From Amphiscolops sp. MND2022 (lineage: Eukaryota): a DNA stretch of 64,000 nucleotides. The stretch spans positions 49,230,001 to 49,294,000 of the forward strand of contig OZ076413.1 of assembly GCA_964187785.1 (NCBI GenBank), given 5' to 3'. Position numbers and translations under genes: made by a program. The notes under the pieces are model-generated. The model worked only from the letters and a program-made list of their open reading frames with translations, ran no database searches and had not been told where the DNA came from. Shown here one piece after another: positions 42,301-54,300 of the stretch (positions are counted from its first letter, which is position 1; each line of letters begins with the position of its first letter).

Positions 42301-45300
42301 AATTGCAGGCAATTGACTCTGCCCCAACCGGAAGAGTGGCAAGTGAAAGGTGTCACTTCGACGTATCATGCCTATTCTCCGATTCCAGTCAAAGTCTGCA
42401 TAGATGGTGTTGACATGCGTTTTGGCGCCACTATTATTACTGACGCGTTTCCTCCTGGAATCTGCTTGGGACCGCAAGAGCTGCGCTGCTATAACATTGA
42501 TGCTCAAGAACCAACTGGTGAAGCGAGAATCGATGAGCGTGCGTCGCTCGTGGTTTCATTCGTGGTTCCCGATGCTGCTCCCGTGCCATTACGTGGTCTA
42601 ATAGACACTGGATCAGGAGTATCCATCCTCACCTTCTCAGCCTACAATCGAGTCGCCGTGCGCACTGGCACACTCTTACGACCCTATGGTATTGACTTAT
42701 ATGCCGCGAATGGGAAAACGATCAAAACTTTTGGTCTAGCGGAGAAAGTCAAATTCCAATTGGGAGGCTATGAATTAGAAACTAACTTCGTGGTAGTTGA
42801 TGACGCTATGGGAGTGGAAGACTTCCTCCTGGGCAGAAACTTCCTAAGAGCTTATCAAGTCTTGGTAGATCTAACCGCGATGAAGGTCATTGTCCGAGCT
42901 CCCTCCGAACCGGTGTGGTACCATGCCCACACGCAAGTAAGTAACGAATCGCTCAATTCGTCGGTAGCGATTGCACAGGACGTAGTGTTGCAACCTTTTG
43001 AACGCGCGATACTACGCGCTAGATTGCTTGTAGACAACTTAGAACCTTTCATGTTTCGAACCGTGCTAATCAATTTTCAAACACCTAACCGAATGTTAAA
43101 AAACGCCATCTTTTTAGAGGACACCGTGGCGACCGTGGGGGAAACTGGCTTCCTTTACGTCAGTTTAGGAAATCTCACCAGCAACGTACAGCGGATCAAA
43201 AAGGGCACCCTTTTGGGAACCGCGGTACCCGTGACGATGGTTCATAAAGCCATCCCCCAAATTGTCCCCGGACAATCAAGTGAAACTCTGCAGTCAAATG
43301 CAAATTATGTTTGTAAAGTTTACGAACAGATGAACCTTGATTCTTCTTCTGAATATAGTTCTTCATCTGAATTTGAGTTTTTGTCCTCTACCGAACCGTC
43401 AGAACTAGGCTTGTCCGAGCGCGAAATAAAAAAACGAACCGATCCGGCGCTAATGGCTCCGATACCGGGCCCGGAAGCACAACTCGACGAGGTGCGCGGT
43501 TCGTGGGCATCGACCGCCAGCGACACGCTTAGTAAACTTTTGAACGAATTTGATGATTTGTTCATGAAATTCAAAGCCGACATTGGCAAATGTAAAATCG
43601 CTAAGCACCCGGTGGAAGTAGAGCCAGGGGCTATACCCCACCGCGAAGGTGCAAGACGAATGTCGCCTGACAAGGCAGAACGTGCTAACCAAGAAGTCCG
43701 TGACTTGCTAGCTTTGGGAATGATACAACCTTCCCTGTCCCCTTGGGCGAGTGGAATTGTTATGGTCAAAAAGAAGAGTGGTGAATTGCGATTCTGTTGT
43801 GACTTTCGACCACTTAATGAAGTGACCATCAAAGACGCTTATCCCTTGCCACGTATCGATGAGAGTCTATCCCGATCGGGCAAAGCCAAAATCTATACTA
43901 GTATTGACTTGGCATGGGCATTCTGGCAAATTCCTGTCCGAAAAGCCGATCGTCAAAAGACTGCCTTCGCTTGTGAACTTGGGTTATTTGAGTGGCGGCG
44001 TATGCCTTTTGGTATGTGTAACGCATCAGCAACATTTCAACGGGCAATAGCGCGAGCGCTACAAAGAATAGTGAACCGCGAAGGAAGCATGGTTATGGCC
44101 TATATCGATGACATTGTGATTGCTACCGAGACCATCGAGGATCACATGGATAGACTACGCGAAGTATTCCAATGCCTGCGTGAGGCCGGCTTCAAAATGA
44201 GAGTCTCCAAGTGTGATTTTATGAAATCGGAGATCAAATATTTGGGCCGAGTTGTATCCGCAGATGGGATCAAGCCAGATCCAAAAGCTGTCGCCAAGCT
44301 GAAAGATTGGGATATCCCGCGAACCAAAACTGAATTGCAAAGTTTCTTGGGTTTTGCCAACTACTATCGGGATTTTATCCCATGGCATGCAAAGCTAGTT
44401 GCCCCTTTACATGCGATGACGGGCGCAGGCTCTTCATTTTTATGGGGGGAGGAGCAGCAGCGAGCCTTTAACAGCATCAAAGTGGCACTAATGGAAGCCA
44501 CTGCTCTGGCGCAACCCGACACTGAAGGCGAATTTGTTCTTGACACCGATGCTAGTGGTGTAGCTATATCAGGTATTCTTCACCAATGGCAAGGACCACC
44601 TGAGAGTCGCAAATTGCGACCGATTGTATTCGGAAGCAAAAAGTTAACCTCTACGCAAGCAAAGTATGGAGCCCCAAAACTGGAAATGTACGCTGCATAC
44701 TATTTCATCTTGAAAAACCACAGCTATCTCTGTCCACGAAAATTCACACTGAGGGTCGACAATCAGGCCCTATCCTGGCTAAAGACATATTCGATGGATC
44801 AGGCGATTATCGGTCGATGGATTATGGCTCTTGAAAAATATCACTTCGGTATTGAGCACCGACCCAGAACGGAACATCGAAATGCTGATGGTCTTAGCAA
44901 ACGAACAAATGATTACAAAAAACACGAAAAGCAATTAAAGGGTTTACCCGCAATTGCAGACAAATGGGATTTCCTATCACAAGAGGAATACAACAAACTC
45001 CCGCTAGCCCCATGGTTTGATGTCCACGGACGTGTGATACCAAATCACCCAGAATTGCCTGCACACTTGCAGAGGTTGGCTAGCCAAAGTTCACCCGAAA
45101 CCACAGTTGCCGCTCCCACGCGAAGGTGCGGACAAAGCAAACGAAGTGCGATCATGCGCGACGAAGCCATGAGAGCGCCCCTACCTACATTGCCAAAACC
45201 AGAATTGGCACTGCCTGCCGAACTTTAACCAGAGTATCCTGAGGATTGGTTGGAACTGACCGAGGAATATCAACGAGACTATTTGCTCCCCACGCATGCT

Positions 45301-48300
45301 GCTAACGTACCATCAAGAACCACTTATCCACTGACGGAAAAGCAAGCAACTAGCACTGCACCAGAGCACGTAAAACAAGCCGCGTTTGTGGTAAACAGCA
45401 TATCGATGGAATTGCATGAACATGCTAACACAGTCCATGGGTTGAAAGATCTACTACTAGCACAAAACCGTGACGTCCACGTCTTGGCTATCAAGAAATT
45501 GGTAATGCAAGAATCAATAGATCATGACATCTTTCCGGAAAATGTACGTGCCTTTGCCAAAAGCTACCACAAACAGAAGTAGAACCTTCTACTGATAAAC
45601 GCCAACGGGGTTTTGTGTGTAAAGTACTCCAAAAGTCAGAGAGCTTTGCATGAACGCCCCTGCATGATAGTGATGCCCCAATTGTATCAGCATGAGATAT
45701 TGTTCAAGGCCCACGACGCGATGGGACATCAGGGCATCGCGAAAGTCTTGGCCAGAATTCAAGAGCGCCACACTTGGCCAGGCATCCGCCGCACCATTGG
45801 ACAATACGTCAGCCAATGTATCACTTGTCAACAAGTACGTGACAAGCCTGGTGATGTACGCTTTCACTTGAAAAATATCCAAAGCGGCTATTTTAACGAG
45901 CTAGTCCAATATGACCACATGAAAATCTGTCCCTCTGATGATGGTAACACAGGGATCTTGGTTATTATCGATCATTTCTCTAAGCTCGCAGAAGCTGTGC
46001 CGTGCAACCACGATGAGTATGATGCAGCGACCACTTCAAAATTGTTGTTGCAGAAATGGTTTGCCCGCCATGGAACGCCGACGAGAATGCAGTCAGACAA
46101 TGCTCCCAACTTCACCGCGGCAGTATCTGCTGAGTTTATGAAAGCCGCCCAAGTGACCAAGGTAACCTCAACTGCTGGCCACCCCAAGACTCAAGGGTTG
46201 GTAGAGCGACAAAACCGAACGTTACTCACCCTACTGCGTGTATTCTTCTCTAGACGAATGCGTGATTGGGACCAGTATTTAGATGAAGTCATGGGTGCAT
46301 ACAACTCCACACGTCATGCCACTACTGGGTTCTCCCCGTATATGCTGACCAGAGGCATGGAAAAAGCTATACCCCTGACTTTCTTGTATCCCGAATTTGC
46401 AACTCAGTCATTCGAATCACACGAAGCCTATGTGGAACATGTGCTGGCTCGACAGCAAGAGATTCATGACTTAGTCCGTCGTAACACGCATCAAGCCCAG
46501 CAGCGACAAAAGTTGAAGTACGACCGAGCAATTCGTGCTAAAGCCTATGAAGTGGGCGAACCTGTTTGGGTATTCTGCCGATACATTCCCCAAAAAGGAT
46601 CTCCTAAATTGATGAGAGCATGGCGTGGTCCTCACAAAGTAGCACGAGTACTACAAGAGGGACGCGTCTACATACTTGACACTGGTCAGAAAGTACATTT
46701 CGAACGATTGAAACCGCACCATGGTGGTCCAACAGAATGGGCAGCTGTTCCTGCGCATAACGGCGAGGTTGCTATCATCATGGACCCTGATCCAGAACAA
46801 TCCCACGAGGAAGTGAGAGACGATGCTTCGCAACCTTCTTATCGTGCGGAGGAACCAATTTCAGAAGCCAGTAATGCCTCTTTGCCTTCTCGACAAAGAC
46901 ATTGGATGGACACACGGTTGCGCACACGCATGCGCGCAGGTGGCAGCCGCCTACATTATCAACAATTTGACTATTCTTCGACTGAGTCTGACGACGAACG
47001 TTCTGATGTACTCCTGTCGAGTGTTCAGGCTAATCCCGATGAGAGTGCTATCTTGTCATCACATGTGGATGAACCTGCGCCTATTCCCGAAATACCAATA
47101 TCACCACTGCCTGCTATGGAGGCTCTATTCTCAGAGAATGAAGCAGTGCCCGACGTCTTGGACATCGCCCCGAATCCTACTATCCACGCACCCACCGAAA
47201 GTGCCGGCACCTCTCTGACCGGTACATCCGCCCCATTATTGACAAATCCATCTCTTACGGATATGTTGAGTAACTTTCCCATTTGGCCCCTAATCGATGA
47301 CAATGTTCTCAACCCAACCTTAGACGACAACGGTGCTGAAACACCAATGACCAATGACGAAAAGGGAACTATTCCCCCTGTGACAGTTCCCACCAACAAC
47401 AACGCAGCTACTACCACGAAACTCTCCAATGCTCCTAGAGGGCATGGACCGCAGGGACGTCCGCCAGGCAGAGCGAGGCCGCGAGCCTCGCTGCCACGTG
47501 GCCACCAACAGAGAGGTGCTATTAGAGGCGCTCGCAAAAGAGGCCGTCCCAGAGGAAGACCTCCTCGTACAACACACGCCAGACCTAACACCTCTACCCG
47601 TGTTCGTCGCACTCCATCTGTGGACACTGACTCTTCTGCCCCTAGCGCAGTGGTTACCTCAGATCAAGCAGCACCGCCAGAATCAACCAACGCTCGCTAT
47701 GGACTGCGACGCAATCGTATTCCCAGATATCGTTGCGGAACATGTGGCCTACGAGACTGCGAATGTAACTACATGGTCCACGCGGGCTTCCCAATTAAAC
47801 CCCAGGGAGTCCTGCTAGCACGTGAACAAGAGAAATCGCTTCCAAGCGGCACGGTTGACCGTTTGGTTATTCGAGCCGAGAAGACTTATACTGGGCTACA
47901 ACGCAGCGACACTCCATATCCCGTGGACTACATCCTATCCAAAATGAAAGATTCTACGATAGCAAAGGCCCCGTGCCCAAGGTTCAAGGAGTGAACCTAT
48001 GATCTTATTGGTTTGGAATTCACATTACCTATCACTGTTCCCCCTTTGCCTACAAATATTGCTTTTGGTCCTTTCAACTATGAACGAGAGCCTATCCAAA
48101 TGGTACGCTGTATTCCTGCTGACCTCTTATATGACAAGTATAACGTCACCGCAAAACCAGGAGACGTTTATCAGCCTACAAGCAACTGGTGGCTACTAAT
48201 TACGGCCAAACAAGTATCCGACCTGGTTTATCCCACTAACTTGAACACCTGTCTGGAGAGTTTGCGGACGATGGCCTCTCCTGATAGAATCACTTGTTTC

Positions 48301-51300
48301 CACACCATAGACCTATATCGTGGTAAAATTAAGTTTGAATGGTGGCTGGAACTTATCATAGCAGTCTTATCAAACTTTTCACGAATCCGATTCCTGGACG
48401 AATGGACACACTCATTTCCTAGTCCTGTATCACTCCAATCAGCCCTGCACGCACTGGATACATGGTCCAGGGCTAACATTGATAATCAATCGTTGCCGCG
48501 ATCTGTGTGGCAAGACTTGGGCGCCATTAAAGGCCTCCTTCCGAACACATGTGACGATGCTCTCTCCAAAGACCCCGGACGAGAGTTAGTATACCATGGA
48601 GCCGTGAGACCTCAATTGGTTGACTATGTGCAGTATGCCAATACGGACTTCCTGCAGACTCCCCATCACATTGTTTTATGTTGTCCCGCAAACCTAGAGA
48701 CTAACTCTGCCGCTCTTCGTTACGTCATTCGTGAGCATGGTGCAGATGCAATCTTTCAACTTTGACCGGAGGTTGGCAATATTGTGACGCTACCCACATC
48801 TTTGATAGACGACCATCCTCAGACTATTCATCTCTTAATCACACGAGCTACACCTCGCTGCCCTATGCTCGCTGATATTCTCTTTGGATGTCTTGATCAT
48901 TTGAAAACGTTACTCGAGCGCTTAGAGGCGATAGAAGTACACTTTGCCATCATTGATCCTGAGCGCCCAATACGTAATCTTTTCGACTTTTATACCTGTT
49001 TGATGGACGTATTCGCTGACACGCCCCTAACCGTCGTTCTTCACGATCGCGTTTACGTATCTATTGCAAGCGTCGCTAGCTTTCCGTAGAACTTTTTGTT
49101 TTTCTTTTTTTGTTTTTTGTCCGCTCGATTAAGTTTAGTGAATCGACACGGAGTTTACTTGAAACTAATACGTTACCTTTTCCTTCAATGTTAATTTGTG
49201 ATATCCTATTACTTTCCCTGGTATTACCCTTAAAATGACCTATGGTGTTACCCTACTATCAAGTGTGCTACAATCGACCTGCACTCTTTCAGAATTTCCG
49301 TCATGAACCAAGGTAACGATGGAAGCAACAACGTCCCTCCAAGGTCTTCAGATGACTCTCCTGCCTTGGGGCAACGCGTTTACGACACTGCGCGTGTCCA
49401 GCGTACCCCACAAATTGCTTTTATTCGAGACAGACTCGACCAAGGTCTGTCGCCAGCTACAGTTGCCGGGGTGGCGGCAATCATAGCCCAGATGGAGTCA
49501 CAAGTGCAAGCCCCTATGCTGACGATATCTATTACTTCAGGCTTTCCTGGGTTCCAACGATCCATGACATATCAAGATGGAGTGTGGCACGGCCATGATC
49601 TCACACATCACTTTACGGATGATCGTGCAGCGATCTCATACAGTCCTGCGAATGGCAGAGTCCATCAGACCAGATCTCTACAGATCCCTTCTTGCCCGCC
49701 TCCACCTCCACCGCCACCTCCTGCATCAACGCCACAAACAGTAGTGCGTGCGCGCACTTCTGCTCCTACAGTACCTAACTTGCCCAATCAACCACTGGCA
49801 GAACAAGCGGTTATCTCAGCACTGCAAGCAGTAGCTATCAACCCTAATTACGCTGATTTCATGCGATCCATGGAGCAGTGTTGGCCTGAACTACGCCGAA
49901 TTGCTCTGCCCACTGTCACTATTCGCAACGAAAACGTCACTTCGACCCAAACAAGTCAAGGTGCCATCACTATTCCTCACGTCAATCCTCAGTCTGAACA
50001 GCCAGGACACTCCCGCACCGTGACTGTAGAGCGCAGTCGTTCGCCTTCCCGCTCTTCTCAAAAGGGGGGAGGAGAGAGCCGCCCTGCCTCCAGAAAACGC
50101 AATGACCATTCTCCAACAAAAAAGAGTGCTCAACAACCACTAACTGCCCGTGACAGCCCCTCGAGCAAGCCACCACCCGACAAAAAGATCTCCAACGAGA
50201 AGGCCACAACCTCCAAAACGCCAAACCAAACAAAATCAAGAGTGTCGGAAGCATCCGTGCTTCCCTCACCCCAGCCACAACCAAACGCAACAGGCGAACA
50301 ACAAGGACTGCCGCAGCCACCATCCACGCAGTCTACAACACGCGAGTCGCTGGCTCAACGAGCGACTCTTAAGCCTTCTACATCAAGACAGCCACAAACG
50401 GAGCAAACTGTGGGTTATCAAGGCACCCCTGAATCTCAGCGAACTGTCAAGGACATAATGGGTGATTACCCAGGATTGAAAATAACCAACAGTGGTCCAA
50501 CTGGAACCCCACTCCGCAAACAGGCAATTCAACACCCAACTAAGAGGACCTTTACAAAGCAACCGACGTACCTGAGTCCAATGCAAAACACGAAGGGCAC
50601 GCTGATCACCAAGGACTCCCGACGTATCTGGGAATCGGCAGTTATTGTATCACCCGAATGGCTGTTTGAAAAGAACATGTGTCCTCCGAATGACGAAGAG
50701 CATGCGAAATTGAAGAAGGCGAATGTACCTGTATTCATGAATCGTCCAATTCGCCCCGACCACACCCCTACCAATGAGCCGCCTTGGCTAGGGAAGGCAA
50801 TGAATATGCTGCCAAACGTAGAAGACAACTACTTGGACGCCCTCAACATTGACCTTCGTGGGCAATTCGCTGACCGATACTTCCTCAATGCTGGAGAGAC
50901 CTTCGAGGTCAACCCACGGTACGCCCGTGACCTCGAAGCCCAGCTGCCAATGCCAAAAGAAAGGTTGCAGCGTGCGCGCTTCGCCTTACTTATAGACTCG
51001 ACCTTCCTCAAAAATATCCCCATTGACAATGTGCTGTCAGACGTGATGGTTTTCACTCTACCGCTGTCACGTATCCCCGAGATGGCTGAAGTGTTGGTCA
51101 CCATGTTTGACCCCGAGATGACGGGGACCTTCAAAGAGCCACCCCCACGCAGAGTGATCATCAGTAACGTTTTCGATCACATGGCCTGTGAAGGACTAAT
51201 GGCCCAGATCGCGAACGTTGAAATCATAAATCCAACTCCAGCACAGCGAACAACAGTACGCAACGCAGCACTGAATGTGGCCCGAGCCATGGAAAAAGCC

Positions 51301-54300
51301 CAAAATATCCTAAAGTATAAACTCAACGTGCCAGTCTTATTTGTGACACCCCCAGGTTTCTGCCAGTGGCCTCCCGCCTTGCAGAGATTTATCTACATGG
51401 TAACAGAAATTTGCAAATGTAGAGAAATAGACTTTGCGATCTGCGCGCCCAATATGCGGATCAGCTCCAACGACTTTCGTCCCTCCTGGCTTTCCTGCAT
51501 GGGGTATGTTGCCTCAGTGTCTAAAGTGCTACAGTCAGTGGAAAAGACAGGGAACGCGCAGCTGACAATCGATGATGCCATCTATTTTGATCACGGCACT
51601 CGTATGGGCTTGTTAGTATTCAACAACAACGGAGAAAGGCGAGTCCCAGAACCTAGTACGGCTGAATGTGAGGCAATCCGCCTGAATAACTGGATAGAGC
51701 GCGCGCGCTCCTCCGGTGGAAAGACTTGCATTAAAACTGATCTTGCGGAAGTCACTGCCATAATGAGCAAAATCCCCAGCGACCGAGAAGTGGAACGAGC
51801 CATCCCGCGAGTTCAACTTGCCCAGGACCTCACTATTGACCAATTATCAGTGGGAATGAGGTATATTGCTGCAAAATTGACGAGCGAGACTCAGGCTGAA
51901 ATCCAAGCCTTCAGCAGCACCTACGACGCTTGGTACCAGCGGCTGCAAACTACCACCGTAGCAGACATTGCAAAAGAACTTGGGATGTCAACCGACCAAT
52001 TTGCCATCTGTTTGGGATTGGGTTGGAGTCCCGATGTTATTCGAGTTGAGTTCGACTTAGACGAGCACTGGTTGATCGAAATCAGCAAGATTATCGGTAC
52101 CATGCAAGTAAACGAACTCTTTGCACTGATGCTCACTTTCGGGCAGAAACGCTTCGTAGCTGGCCCAATGATGATATTGACCGACCTGGTTACTGAGTGT
52201 AATCTGGAATGGCTATTTTCGTATTTAGTGATTGCGCGAGGCAACATCTCAGGCCTCACCGCCTTAGCCAAGCTGCTACAACGAAAAGACGCTCAGGATT
52301 ATCCCGCTCAATTGGAGCGCATGACAACTTCGTTATATCACTGGATATACTGCAGTCTAGTCTTTGCCTCGGGACTTTTCGTGGGCGTAGATAAGCATCA
52401 ACCATTATTTGACGGACGTCAGCTGGTGACCGAGGTAGCTGGATTTCTAACACCTAACCAGCTGGCAGATTTCACTTTGGCTGAAGTCGAAGACCTTGTA
52501 CCGGTGTTAGCACCCGTGCTAACTCCGATATTTGGCCCAACCGGGATACTTCGCTATCCCACCAAGCCTCTGCGACTCGCCTCGGAGACACTAACAGTAT
52601 CCATCCTGACTTTTCTGAAGAATGTAAAACCGCACAACTATCAGCAGATGCTTGAACGCGGGCTGTTCCTGCTAATACCCCGCATGTATACCACCATAAA
52701 GAACGAAACGCAGCAGGACGAAAATCTGGCCGGAATTCTCAAAGCTCGGACAAAGAAGGCGTGCCCTTTACCTCGCGAATACGGCCCGGTAAATTGGTAC
52801 AATTCGCCCCTAGATCACCATGGAATCCCACAGCGATTCAATTGGAGTTTCGCACACCTCAGGAAGTACGTGACCGAATGCGTACAAGCCATGGGCGGTC
52901 ACACAAACCAGGAGCATGATTTTGAGATGATCAAGCTTCCAGTCAGGTACTGGTGAGGACCCATCGGCTATGTCCGGGCTAAGCCAATCAGCATGGTTGA
53001 GAAAGGATTCAATGAGCAGTACGCCTATCGCGATCACTACAAACTAGGCGTGTGGATGTCAAGGACCCTGGAGGAACGCCAATGGCGCCTAAAAGGCTTG
53101 ATCATCCCTCCACAAACAATGCCTGTTTGGAATCCAGAGGCGAGAGTCACTATGGGAAGCGACATGCCAGCGGAGACCTGCTACCACGTCATGGAACTAC
53201 TAAGTGATCCCCTCGGACCCGAATGGAAAGCCTCCAGGCAAATTATAGAACATGAAAACAGGGACAACTGGTCCAGAGCCTGCGGGCTCTGGGGCCGACC
53301 TGATCTACGCCCGAAACTCAGTGCCAAGCAGAAACGACCCATTGCCACCCGCAATAGACCACTAGATCTACCACACCTGTTTAAAGCCAGTAGATTGGAT
53401 GTGCAGATCCCAACATCCACGTCGACCACAAATTCTGCCAACGTTAGCGACTCAGCCAATGCAGCGCAAGAACATTCGCCAGAAGTCTCAACTCCCGTAG
53501 CTGCAAAAAATGGCCCTAGTGGCTCAAACACGACTCCCAGGACCCATGAAACTGCCAGCACCGAACCAAGGCCAGTCCTGCGAGAAGGAAATGTGCGAAG
53601 AGGATCCCTGTCCGAACCACAACCGAAAGCCGACGTCTCCCCCAGAGCGCGTCACTCCTCCGCCACCCAATAAAACAAACCTAACATTATGGCCATTCTG
53701 TTTTAAACTTCAATAATCCTGTGCTAAATGAACCTTTGTGAAACCTCATGGTTTCAACCACTGTTGTTGCTAAACTTTGATTTTGAAAGTGCCAATTGGT
53801 CATGGATAAAAACCTCCAAGTGGAGATGAAGCCCCCGGGCTTCATCCTCCTCATTATTCCGTTTTGGGACCGGCAACCCAACTATAAAACTACGCCTTTG
53901 CCTTGCCTTAGTTAAACGCAATATTCGATTTACAATTTGTGTTTGCAGTTAGTGCTTTTTCAAGCTACCTTATGCTACCTTATGGATGCGCTGTGCGCAC
54001 TCCGTGCTCTGAATTTTCGGTGCTATTACACCCTTTTAGTTACTAGTTATTGTTTACACTGTTGCTATTGTCGAAAAAGACAAAAGGAAAAAGATGAGGG
54101 GAAAGGAAACAAAAGGAGAGAGATGAGAAATGGATAGAATAAAAAGATTGATGGACCTCGACCATTGTTTTTTCTTTGAGTTACCTGATAGGATTGAGAA
54201 TAAGTCTCGCAAAAGAAATTTTACATTGACTGTACTTATTGGTTGATTTTATGGCAACTGCTTATTAAAAGAACTTTTATCAAACGCCAAGCAGTGCGAA

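Noticed and set aside
45226..52956. Alternative genetic code or selenocysteine to explain the five in-frame stops
   Set aside because: The stops are a mix of TAA, TAG and TGA, some are consistent with CGA>TGA, and other genes in the window end at ordinary stops. Post-insertion decay is sufficient.
39666..53561. Many antisense and overlapping ORFs in the Gypsy element
   Set aside because: Expected shadows of long, GC-richer coding frames, with no motifs.
49303..53673. env gene
   Set aside because: No signal peptide, furin site plus fusion peptide, or clear C-terminal transmembrane anchor.
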